Origin: the human T2T-CHM13v2.0 reference genome, Homo sapiens
Length of the DNA stretch: 64,000 nt
NCBI RefSeq assembly: GCF_009914755.1
Contig: NC_060935.1
Strand: one strand, 5' to 3'
The notes under the pieces were generated by a model that was not told where the DNA came from, made no database searches, and saw nothing but the letters and a program-made list of their open reading frames with translations. The position numbers were made by a program, and so were the translations under genes. Below are positions 26,644 to 39,299 of the stretch, one piece after another; the first letter of the stretch is position 1, and every line of letters starts with the position of its first letter.

Positions 26644-26970
26644 TTTTTTTTTTCTTTCTTTTCTCTTTTTTTTTTTTTTTTTTTTTAACAGGGTCTCGCT
26701 CTGTCACCCAGGCTGGAGTGCAGAGATGCAGTCTCAGCTCACTGCAGCCTCAACCTCCCTGGGCTCAGGTTACCTTCCCACCTCAGCCTCCCAAATAGCT
26801 GGGACCACAGGTACATGCCACCATGCCCAGCTGATTTTTGTATTTTTTTGAGAGACAGGGTTTCACCATGTTGCCGAGGAGGTCTCAGACTCCTGGGATC
26901 AAGTGATCTGCCTGCCTTGGCCTGCCAAAGTGCTGGGATTACAGATAGATGTAAGCCACCACACCCAGCC
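26644..26970 (-). mobile_element. AluJ, full length, antisense
   Basis: Poly-T 26644-26686 followed by the reverse Alu body; perfect TSD agagttcc at 26636-26643 and 26971-26978. Confidence 0.95.
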
Positions 26971-29740
26971 AGAGTTCCAAGCCTTGAAGAGAAACCAGGT
27001 GGTGGAGAAATCGTGTATGGATTTGGGTAAAGGAGAAAGGAAGCTGTGGAAAGGGGAAGAGGCTGAGCCAGAGTTGTGGGTAGGAGACGTACAAGGAATG
27101 GAGGCAATGCAGAGACACGGGGCAAGATTCAGGTGCCTCGATTCCACCTTTTGTAATTCAGGGGTCAGGGATCTTGTCTTACTTTTGTTGTTGCTTTGGT
27201 ATGCTGCACAGTGCCTGGCACATAATAGGAGCTGAATGTATCCTTGGAGAATAGATGCATGTGTTTTGCTGTGTTGCTTCAGTAGTGCCTACTGTACATC
27301 TCCTATGAGCCAGGAGCTGTTCTAGGTGCTAAGTTCCTCTCTTGCAGAGTGATGTTTAGTGAAGGAGATGAGGGTTGCAACTTGTACGGATTAGAAAAAA
27401 AGGCATCTTCTCCTAGCATGCAACTTGCACAGACCAAGTAGGAGTAGGCATTCCTCGCTGACGATGTTGTTCACTAGAGTCCCTGGCTGAGTAAACAGAG
27501 TGCCAGCTGCATTATTTTGTTACCTTCTTCAGCCCTTGAGCAGCGCACAAGCTGCACAACTGTACTTAGCAGGAACCAGCTGTCGGAAAACAAATAAGTA
27601 AACAAACAAACAACGCATCACATGGTGGAAAGTATTGGGGCAGGAAGTAAACTGTAGGTTAGGGGACAGAGTAACCTGGTGTGCAGGGAGGGGTAGGGGC
27701 TTGCACGATGGTCAAGGTGGTGAACTGTGGGGAGAGCCATGCAGGGAATAGCGTGCTGGGCAGAGTATCGGCAAGTGGAATGACCTAGTCAAAGACGAGC
27801 AAGGCAAGGAGGAGGAAGGGTCAAAGCTGAATAAGGGGCAGGCAGTCAGCAAAGGGATCTGGGGGGTCCTCGGTGTCTGTAAGTGCTCTTTCCATGTCAA
27901 GATTAAGCTGTGAATGATGATAGGAGCACAGCTCTCAGGAGATGGGAATTAAATAAAAATCCCACATAAGCAAGTAGCCCCAACACCTGTGTGGATTCAC
28001 TTGCTGCGCACAGAGGCCTGGTAGTTTCCGTGTGGACTTTGTGGATTTGTGGCAACCCATATTTGATGTGTCACCCCTGCAGCACACACATCCAGCCGTG
28101 AGGATCCGGGGTTTTCTAACTGAAATGTCATCCTTCTTGGGTCCACTCTTGTCATTTTCACTTATCACATCTGCAAGTTATAAACGTTTAAAATGTGCAT
28201 GATATCCAATTTGACGTTTTACCTGTTGCCATTTCCAAGATATTACATTGTGAAATTAAGCTGGCATTTTACGATCATGTATGGATGTGTGTGTAAGTAT
28301 AAGTAGGCACGTATTTGGAATTAATGGACTCATAGAAATCAGAGATGGATTAGGCCTAATGAGCTGTTCAGAAGAATTATTTAGCACATATTTCATCTCT
28401 CTATTCAGTAATCAAACCTACACAGTGTGTATGCTAAGGAAGTGAGATTTTTGCCTTTTTAAAAAATTTCTTGGATTATCTCCATTTGTGGCTGAAAATT
28501 TAACATTGCATCCTAGGGCATTTTGCACCAACTTTATTAAGCATTCAGTCTGACATTTCCCTGCACCTGGGGTTGCCTTTGTTATTTAAAAAGTAGTTGC
28601 TTTCCTAGTTACCATTAATATATAATTAGTAGTTGGTGCTGGGCTCCAAGCACCACACCAGGATCCTGGCCTGGCCTTGGAGCCATTGTCAAAAACAAAA
28701 TCTTGCCCAAGTCTCTAGGAAGACTTGGAGAGTTAAGCCTAGATGGGAAGTGTATATATTTTGTTTGAATTTTTATCCACAGTAAATGGATGCAGCTTTG
28801 TCTTTTCACCTAAGGCCTATGGTCACCTTCCTCTGGAAGCCACATGCACTTGACTGTTGCCACTTTGGCTTCTGCTGATTCCTTTAAGCACACAGTTTCA
28901 ACAGACTTTCAAAATACTATTCACAACATGGGGTTCCGTACTTACTAACAGGAAGAAGGAAAGCAAATGTGGGATACTTGATAGTGTAGAAGGACACTTG
29001 ATACCCAGAGAAGGATTTCATTGACACTGTTACAGAGACATAAAATCACAGAGCCCTGTGGTAGCATCAGAGATGGGGTCACACATAGTCAGCTCCCAAT
29101 AGCCAGGAGTCTACCCTATGAATTTTCTTTACAGCATGGCTAGATACAGTATATACATATTTATCCTAAACATATATACTCAACTTATAAGTCTGCATGA
29201 AACATGTGAATTGAGAATATGTTCTATATTGGGAACAAAGGATTCTGGTGTTGGGAAAAACTTAAGCTGGGACTTAATTTGAGCTGTAAAATTATTAACC
29301 TAATCTCTCTGAGCCTTTGTTTTTTTTTTAATCTGTGAAATGGGGCTAAATTATATCTTAATACCTACCTGACAGAGTTGTTACAAAAATCATCACCATA
29401 ATATTAATAATAACAACAGAAACCAACATCGGTAGAAGCACTTAATGAGAACCTATGCTTACATGATAAATGCTTTACAAGGGTTACCCAATGGTCTACC
29501 CTGTGAATTTTCTTTACAGCATGGCTAGATACTTATAATACTTATCGTAAGTATTTTTAATAATTACATTAAGACAAGATATAAATTCTTAAGGATTGTA
29601 CCTGGCATATATGAGGCACTAAACAAGTTATTTCATATTGTTAATACATTCCATTAGCAAAAACAAGTTAAAATGCTTAGGCATGTATAGAGGATGCTGG
29701 AAGACGTTCTGGCTGTTGCCAGAATCTCCAGACACAAACC

Positions 29741-30075
29741 TTTTCTGTGGTCTCCCGTCTGTGTTTTGTCCCACTACAAACTCTGTTTGTTTTCTGTGGT
29801 CTCCCGTCTGTGTTTTGTCCCACTGCAAACTGTTTGTTTTCTATGGTCTCCCGTCTGTGTTTTGTCCCACTGCAAACTCTGTTTGTTTTCTGTGGTCTCC
29901 CGTCTGTGTTTTGTCCCACTGCAAACTCTGTTTGTTTTCTGTGGTCTCCCGTCTGTGTTTTGTCCCACTGCAAACTCTGTTTGTTTTCTGTGGTCTCCCG
30001 TCTGTGTTTTGTCCCACTGCAAACTGTTTGTTTTCTGTGGTCTCCCGTCTGTGTTTTGTCCCACTGCAAACTCTG
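29741..30075. repeat. Minisatellite/VNTR, ~7 copies of a 49/47-bp unit
   Basis: Unit ttttctgtggtctcccgtctgtgttttgtcccactgcaaa(ct)ctgtttg. Starts at 29741, 29790, 29837, 29886, 29935, 29984, 30031; lengths 49,47,49,49,49,47 and a partial 45; only two substitutions overall. Confidence 0.97.
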
Positions 30076-30264
30076 AACTCACCATTCCCCATGGCTTGCT
30101 TAGCCTGGTTGCATTTTCCACCTCCTTCTCCCTGACTCTTTCTCAACCACCCACCCCTCAGCAAGTCAGGTGAAAATCCTGCAAACAGCATCATTCTCAC
30201 CCTTTCCTTCATTTTTTCAATCAGTACAAACCTCTTGTTTTCTCATGTTCCCATAGTGTGTAGT

Positions 30265-30710
30265 TTAGAATCATTCAATTATTTCTTCAGGAAAGAAAGT
30301 GTTCCACATCTGCTGAGTGCCTAACACCGTTCTAGACCCTGAGACTCGAGAAGACAATGAAGAAGTAAGTGGCCGCACAATGCAATGTCCGGTAGTGCTG
30401 AATGCTCTGAAGAGGAGAGCGGCAGCCAGGGAGGGAAAGGAGGAAGTGTGCGAGTTTAGACTCCCTGGTTAGGGGAAGGCCCTCCTACGCAGGCCTTGAG
30501 TGAGATCTGATGAATGAGGGCGTGAGCCTGCCCACATTTAGGAGAGAGGTTTCCGAGGCAGATACAAAGGTGCTGAGGAGGGATCATCCTTGGCCTGAAC
30601 CAACGGGGGGGCACATGTGGGCGGGGCCTGGTCCAAGCCACAGGCCTTGGTGATGGCTTTGGATTTTATTCTTCGTCTTATGGGAAGCCCCTGGAGCAGT
30701 TTGACAGTTT
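30265..30710 (-). mobile_element. L2 LINE remnant
   Basis: tcattcaa...tgctgagtgcctaacaccgttctag...gggaaggcctc...gagatctgatgaatgagg...aggccttg..ctttggattttattc. Confidence 0.6.
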
Positions 30711-32446
30711 GAGCTGCTGCATGTTAGCAGTTTTTTTTTTTTAATTTTTTATTTTTCTGTAACTTATTGCCCTTATAAAAACTTTCCGTTTTTTTTGTAT
30801 ACGGCAAAGGCTGTATTTTCTTTGCGTTTTTGTGTTAGAGACAGGACACAGCCCTCGTGTAGAACCTCCTCTGCACTCCCACAATTCCCTGTGCCACGTC
30901 CATTGTTTTAAACACTTAACTGTGATACAGGACAAAGCTCATTTCTGCAGACTTCCTCTTTTTTTTTGGTTCACACTGATTCACAAAGTAAGACGCCACT
31001 TCCAATGGTCATATCGTGAAGGTTTCCTCGAAGGATCGTGAAATTCCACGAAGTCCGCTTGCTTTCCTGGGTGAATAAACACCAGGCCGCTCCCTGGACT
31101 TTCCTTGTCGTTTGTGATCAAAGGCTCAGCTACCTCGTGCTCATGGTCCTGCGATGGCTGAAATCCGTGAAATGTCCAGAAAGAATGATTTGTCATGAAT
31201 GCATCAGCAAAGAGGCTATAAGCTTCTATTCTTATTTTCTTATCTACTTTTAAACACTTTTTCATTGCTTTAAAAAAGTATATAATTACTGTTCATTTGG
31301 TGTTGATGTTATTGCCTTGCTCGGTGTTGGGGGTTGTTTAACCATTCAGTGTACACCAGTGACTTTTTGGTCTGTATTTCCCAACAATTACACTGAGTTG
31401 CAGAGAAAATATTAATTAAACATACTTCTATTTTAAAAGGCAATAATAATATATAATTCCCATTAGAAATGCATTTGAAACTTTTCTATTAACTCTTTAC
31501 TGTTGTCACCAAAGCCTTCCCTTCTAGACAGTGGAAGTGAGTGGGACAGGTGGCCATATATGGTTTGAGCAGGTGGGCAGAGGAAGAATGCAGGGTACTT
31601 GTTGCCCTCTGGTTGGTCCTCCTTCCTCCATGCTTATTTTCAACCTTCTGGCCCCTCACACTGGGCCCAACTCATGCCCTGCACTCGGCAAATGTTTAAT
31701 GAAATGCTTCCTCGAGGAGCACAATATTTTATGTGTACAGGGAGCCGAATGCATATTATTGCATAGTATTTTCCTTTTGTTATGAAATATTTTATATACC
31801 AGCATGTGCATAATATATCTATGTATAAAAACATAATACATTGATCACCTGTGTTCTCTTGGCACAATCTAAGAAATAGAACCTTCTATTACCTGTGAAA
31901 GTTTCTGCACTCCCACCTATTCTCTACCCTTTCTTGCTTGAGGAGATCACCACTGGCCTGAATTTTTGTTTATTTCCTCCTTTCCTTTAGACTTTTACCA
32001 AATATATAATTATTCTCAAACAACATATTGTCTAGTTTTTCTTGTTCTTCCCTCCAAATAGAAAGAAATTTTATGTATTCTCCTTCAAATGTTTTTCATT
32101 TGATGTTATGCATTTTCTAATAATTTAAAATTAACGTAGTCCTGAATGTGAACAAAGGCAGAGCTCTAACTCAGTCATTTCAGGTAATTAACTGGTCTAC
32201 AACCCATCAGTCAGAAGTGCTTTGATGCTCTTTGACTGTGTGTGTGTGAGTACACAAAACACCTGCTAAAATATTAAATAAAAGCAGAAAGGCTTTGACA
32301 TCAACATAGTAGTGTTCATAACGTTTCTGCGTAGTGGAATTGCGAGTGACATAGATTTTTTGTGTTTTCTCTAATTATTAAATTAAAAAATTAAATTTTG
32401 GATTTTCATAACCAGATAGGATTAGTGTCATAAAAATAGGTTCCTA

Positions 32447-32743
<297 letters not shown>

Positions 32744-32747
32744 ATAT

Positions 32748-32749
<2 letters not shown>

Positions 32750-32798
<49 letters not shown>

Positions 32799-32802
32799 TG
32801 TG
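32750..32802. repeat. (TG)n microsatellite, ~26 units with one interruption
   Basis: Read directly from the sequence. Confidence 0.97.
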
Positions 32803-35749
32803 TTCCTTTTGACCACACACTGATTTGTTTAGGCCATGGGGCTTTTTGCACACACATCCCCATGTGTAGGGCGTTGCACTAGGTGATGTTTGGGCTACAG
32901 AAATAAATAAGACACAGTTCCTGTCTTCCACATGCCCATGACCTGGCTAGGAATGGGGAGCTTCAGAAGCAAGACCTCAGGAGGTGACTGAGAAGGAGCC
33001 ACTGCTGGTCTAGAAGGCCACCTTGTAATCTGGCATGTGGTGGGGGGTGGTGCAGGAGCACAGAAGGGACACTGGCGGTTTTGGGGAGAAGTGGTGGCGG
33101 GAAGGGGCCTGCATCTATGAGGGCCAGGGCGGCTGTGCCATGGCAGCCAAAATACAATAGGGAACTGGAGCAGCAAGAGGCCACCAGCTACAGCTGACGC
33201 ATTTCTGGCGGGAGAGAGGACCTCAGAGTTGTGCGTGGCCTTCACGAGTCTTTCCCACCACGGCGGTGCCTCGATCTGTTTCCAGCTAAGCCCAGAGCAG
33301 CCAGGGCTGTCAGAACCAGGAAGACTGATAAGCGTGTCTCTGGATGGCAACGTCAGGTTCAATTTTATTCAGCAAGTATCCACTCCATGCCAACCATGTG
33401 CCAGGCACTGTTCTAGGCTTTGTGGAATCCAGTAGTTGTCAAACATAATAAAATCCCTGTCCTCACAGCACTTCCCTCCTGGTGGAATGAGACAGTGAAC
33501 AAAATACATACAAAACATAGAATAAATTAACTGGTGACACATGCTGTGGAGTGGGGCGGGTCGATGGGAAAGGAAGATGAAGCCTATGATTCCAAGTAGG
33601 ATGTCTAGAACAAGAATAATCCCTTGCTTATCGGTATAGTTTAAATTGTCAACAAAAACATGCATTATTTTGACATAAGAAGAAACATCAGGAAAAAGGT
33701 AAAGACCACAGTTTATTGCAATATATGCTTTTTTCAACATTTGAGGAAAAGAGATTGTACATGCTGTATTGGAAATACGTTTTAGTGTCTAAAACGGTGC
33801 AGAGCCAGAATGTTGATCTTCATTTATCACCCCAATTCTTCCTGGATCTTAATTGCCCCTTCAGAAAGAATAAAAAATGGAAGCACTTCATCCAGCTTCT
33901 GCACAGAAAGCCTGTCTCTGATCAGCAGACAAGGAATAGGAGATGATGCTGATGGTGGTGATGATTTATACCTTAATGAGCAGGCGTTGGTCATCAGTAT
34001 GTGCTGAAAAGGGATTCGCTCCCTGCCCACAGGGGACTTTCCAGATGCTGCTGAGCTGGGCCTGAGCTGCAGGAGGTACAGAGGCTGGTTGGAACAGCCG
34101 ATCCTTGGGGCATCTTTTAGGCCAAGGGCCTTTGGAACCGAATTGAGTGGAGCAATTTAACTGCCCGGGACACACAAAGCCTCTTAAAAGCAATGGCCGG
34201 TGAATAAGCCAGAAGCCATAAATAGATAAAGTAACAAGCAAATAATGGGATTAATAAATAGACAGGGGAGCAGAGCCAGGGCTGTGAGCTGAGCGCCACT
34301 AGATCAAGAAATGTCAGCTTTTCTCTCAGCTTTTCCTCCACAGCGCCAACTGTCAGTAATTTAACTAACATTTTGTAAATAAATGTGGCACTCGGACAGC
34401 TGTCAACGTGCCTGCTATGAACACTCCTTTTGTCACTAAAAGCTGGCAGTGACGCTGTTTCTCCTGCAAGTGCAGCCAGCACTGCCAATTGGCTCCTGGT
34501 CCTGGGACTGTCAGGGAGTGCGTGGGGCCCTGGGGCAGGGAGGTGGGTGCCTGCCCTAGAGACCTCACTCCCCTACACCCGCAGGCATCACCTGGGCTCA
34601 GCTCTTTCTGGTGCACTTGGCCGGTTTGTAAGGTGCTTCCATCAAAAATGAGACTATTGTTTTCCAAACACCTTGTGTTTCAGCTGGGAGTTCCATGTGC
34701 CTGACCATCTAGTTTCCCCGCCAAGGATTTGCTCTTTCTAAATAAGACATTCATTTATCTAGGTTAAAGGTGCGAAACGCACTGTTTTCCACTCTAGCTG
34801 CTGGGTGATTATTTAAGGTTATGCAGCCAGTTTCCTTGTGCTGTGGTTTGCTCCTGAACTTGAAACTAATGGCTCTGGACTGTGCCTTAGGTCTCCCAGG
34901 TTTAATCACAAAGTTTTATTAAGTTAGTGCTTTAGTGTCCTCTTCCTGGAAAGACTCTATCTCAAAGCTTCTTAACCTATACCCAAGCAGAATAAGGAGA
35001 GGAAGAATCTGTCTTAATATCAAAGTCCCGTGGGCGATGAATTTGGGTTATTGAAATAGATGAAATCTAGCTTGGTGAGGAAAAGCGTGAACTGGGTAAT
35101 TAAGTAGTCAGAAATATATTTAATAATAATATAAATTCTAGTGGGCATTTACTGAACTTTTTTTCTGGGGGGGGATGTTGTTTTACAAAGTGCCCTACAT
35201 ATTACCTCCTTTAACACTCAGAGCCCCGTGACCATCCCAATTTTAAAAATGAGGGTCTGAGATGCAGAGACGTGGAGGAGTCTTTATGACCAGCGTGTGG
35301 CTGAATGGGGATTTGATCCCAGACAGTTTAGGCCCTTTGATCCCAAGGTCCTGTGTTCTAAACAACAGCACTGGTCTTTTTTATGTATAGTTACCATGTG
35401 CACGGGGTATACAATTACTGATTTTTAAGAAGCAAGAACACAATAAAATGAACTCCATACATAAATGAAGGAAGCATCTTTGACCTTTTTTTCCTGGTGA
35501 ATGAGAAGGCTCTTTATTGTATTGTGGTAACCCATTGAGAACGTTATTCCCTAGAGCGTATCACAGAGTAATATATGGAGAATACAAATAAATGATTAAG
35601 TGAATGGGCTCTGCAGTCAGCTGAGAAGTTTACTTAGCTTCAGAGGCAGAATAGTAGAAGTAATTAATAGGAACTACCTTGTTGGGATGTTTTGAGGATT
35701 AATTATAATCATATAAAGTCTTTACAGTGCCTGACACAGGGTAAATATT

Positions 35750-36420
35750 CATTCATTCATTCATTCATTGAAATTTTTATTATGTGCATGTGATGTATCA
35801 TGGATTCTGCAGTGAATGAGAGAGACATGATGTATTCTTGGAGCTTATGGTCTTGTGAGAGGAGATAGTAACAAACAAGGTAACATATACAAACATCCCA
35901 GGTAGGGGAAAGTGCTGTGACGGAGGCTGCCTGGGTGGCTGGTGGGCTAGTGGATGTCTCTCTGAGAGGAAGTGACATTTGAGCTGAGATGTCAATGGAG
36001 AGAAGGAGCTGGCCCAGCAAGGATCTGAGAGCAGGACACCGCAGGGAGCAAGTGTCCGGTGCTGGAGGGAGAGAAGAGAGACCCCTGTGTGTGCAGCAGC
36101 ATAGACAATGGGGAGAGGTGGAGCAGACAGACCTGCAGGGTCTGTAAGCCAGGCCACAGGTAGGGATCTCTTTTCATTGTGCAAGAGGAGGTCATCAGAG
36201 TGTTTCCAATGGAGCAGTGACATGCTCCGAGCCTCTGGGTGACAACAGGACGCTGCTGCCTGGCCTCTTGGAGACTGGCTTATAAGCCTCAGAAGTGGAC
36301 ACTGCAGTATTCAGGTGAGGGATAGTGGAAGATTTGGCAATGATGGAGGCAGTAACAATTGAGAGATAGTCACAGATAGGTTTGCTGGTGAAGCAGACTA
36401 AGCTGATGGGGTTGATAAGT
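35750..36420 (-). mobile_element. L2 LINE remnant beginning with (ATTC)n
   Basis: attcattcattcattcattcattg...ttcttggagctta...gaggaagtgacatttgagctgaga...gagcagtgacatg. Confidence 0.65.
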
Positions 36421-37744
36421 TAATATGGAGGGTGTTACTGACTGCAGTGCTTATATTCTCGGCTACCTTAAAGTAACAGAGTAACGGTGGTTTTGTTGTA
36501 TTAGTGTTATTGGGGTATTTACATAATGAACTATTTACAGCTTGAGAAGTACTCAGAGATTTCTTTGCCACATTACTACTTTGAATTAAACATGGACAAC
36601 CTATTTGGGAAAGCATCACTAGCCACCTGCCCTACTTAACACTGATTCAGAATGTCGGGCTTTTTGTTTTTACTTCCTTTTCCTACTTCACTTATGAGAT
36701 CGGGATTGATTTCTTGTGTTTATTAGTCATAAATATTTGTCCTAAAAACCAGTTTTGGGCCACTTCCATGTCCAAAGTTCCCTGGTGGAGTTATGTTGGA
36801 ATTGGAGGGTTACATGCATGAGTGTGCACGCATGTGTGCTGACCACAGATAATTAGGGTTAAGAGAAGGGTGTCATGAGGATAGGTGGGGGAGGGAAGGG
36901 GAGGGTTCCCTGGCCTGTTTTATCAGATTTCCTCTGCAGCTCTCCTTCTTACTGCAAGGGCCAGGTACAATTTATGTTGCCTGATTTCCTCATCCATAGA
37001 ATGATATATTTTTAATTAGGACCTCTTTCACTAGTCTCCTTACCTGTAGAATTTTAGATCAAAATTACAGAAGAATCTGTCCTAGGTTCACACCCTGTCT
37101 CATGTAGAACAAAGAACAAGAACAGGCAGAGGAAGACAGTGGCAAATCTCACTTTTTAATAAAATAGTGGCATTCACCATCATTAATACTGATACTTTGT
37201 TCTTAGCTTAAATCAGCATTAAAGTACCAGCATTGTAATTTTGCTCAGTTATTGCAATAACTAAGAGTGATAAAAAGAGGGGAATCATGGAAATTTTATA
37301 TATATATGCATAAAAATGGATTCTTAAATATCTCATCAACTCCTAAGAATATCAATATAAAAATTGGTGTTGAGAGTGATGGTCGAGAGACAGCAACATT
37401 TTAAAACATGCAAAATCACATTCAGCATTCTCAGTCTCTCAAGGTATTCAAGTGAGCCATATGTTTTAAGCAACTTATCATTAACGTTGGTTAAAATTAA
37501 AATAATAAGTTTGAACATACAGGATTAAACTTCAGTTTATCTTGGAATTCATTTCTATCCTATATTGCATTCCTCTATATAATACCAGAAGATGGAGGTA
37601 TTACTGTAAGACACATGTCTTTTGTCCGTCCTAAATTTTGAGAGCCTTCTGTGGAAGTGCTGTTTTCTCCCATGCCTTTTTATCAAGCCTTGGGCATCAC
37701 TAAATTCTGGGTTACCAAACCACTGGCCAAAAGGAACTTGTTGC

Positions 37745-37933
37745 TGAGTGGTATAATGGACATTGGAGACTCAGAAGGAGGGTGGGTAGGAGGTGAGGGT
37801 TGGAAAACTACCTGATGGATACAATGTATACTACTTGAGTGATGGGTGCATGAAAATCCTAGACTTCATCACTATAAAATTCATCTGTGTAACCAAAAAC
37901 AACTTGTACCTCCAAAGCTATTGAAATAAAAAC
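37745..37933 (+). mobile_element. L1PB-type 3' UTR fragment
   Basis: gagtggtataatggacattggagactcagaagg...gacttcatcactata..ttcatctgtgtaaccaaaaacaacttgtacc..aaagctattgaaataaaaa. Confidence 0.85.
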
Positions 37934-39299
37934 AATTTTTTAAAAAACTACGCACATGCATACACACACAAACACACACAAACAAAGGGAACTGGTTTCC
38001 AAGATCAGCCACTGTTCTGGGGAAAAAATTCTCACTATGATACGTCAATGGATGGAACTGAGGCAGACACAGAACTTACTCTGTATTAACAGCAGGGTTA
38101 TCAATCACTTACTATGTATCAGGCACTGCTCCAAGTGCTTATGTGCATCTCATAACAACTCTAGGAGGTAGATTCTGTTATTATTCTGTGACGGGTGATG
38201 TAACTGAGAACAGTTAAATAACATATTCAAGCAAACTGCTTAGCAAAGAGTCAAGCGCAGTTTTCTATTCAGTCCCAAAGGTAAGCTTTATCTTAGGTCC
38301 AAAGAAAAAGGTGCCACCCACCTACTATTTTAACTCTTTAGGTTTCAGCTATGAAAATGTGAAGAAAGGAAGCAGGAGGGAAATTATTCCCTGTCTGTAT
38401 TGTGTATCAAAAACGTCTACTCTTTTATTTCTGCAGAAACAGAAGTTCTGCGTTTTCACTCAGGAGTAGAGTCAGCAGTTTATGTGTGTTTTTTTAATAC
38501 CCTCTTAGCAGTTAATTATTCCTTTTAATAAATGCAATGAAAAAGAACTGTTATTGGAGTCATACTTTAGTTGAATTAGTAATTTATTCTAGCTCTTAAT
38601 GTTTGTTAATATTCTGTGTATTGCTTCTTGTTCTATTAGACAGATATGACAGGGAGGTAAAACGTGAGCTCACACAGGAGTTGTGTGGGTGGAAGTCTCT
38701 GGGCGATGCATGGGCCACTGACAGGTATTGGTGGGTGGGGGTACATGTTGTAGAGAGAGGCCTGGAGATGCAGCGATGCCTTCTCATTACTGCAAAAGTG
38801 ACTGAAGTCGTATGGACAATTTCTTGGTCAGAGGTGAATGAAATAGCAAAGTCTTTCATATACCACATAAAAATTTTCATCTGAAAGTGACTTCTGGAAT
38901 CATTAAGCCTCTTCCCATTTCTCTAGTTACAGACTGATCTAAGCACAGGTGTATTCTACACTTAATGCCTCGGTAATCTGGTTGTGGGTCTAACTCTAGC
39001 GATAAATTATAATTTTTTACTTCTAGTAGAAATTTACATAGTTTTCCATTTAGAAAGCTGGCCCCATGTTAGAATTATAATAAAGGGCAGGAGGTATGGA
39101 TTAATGTTATTTTGTAGGGCATGTTCAGCAAAGTGTCTCAAAGGGCGGGTAAAAAATGAGATTCTTTCTTTAGGTTGCACGTAGCAAGTCCTCTGAACTT
39201 GAGTGCCTTTTTGGTGAGATTACTGAGCCAAGCCTGAAAATAATGTCGTTTGCTATGTCTGGATCCTAATAGGCATGCTCTTAATTAATTTAACTATTA

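Noticed and set aside
26504-27235. Alu-derived ORFs (also near 32453, 43921, 49421 and 52899)
   Set aside because: Standard Alu translation artefacts.
29628-30212. Repetitive Cys-rich ORFs and a CRISPR-like appearance
   Set aside because: Pure head-to-tail minisatellite with no unique spacers, no cas genes and a eukaryotic context; the ORFs are translation artefacts of the repeat.
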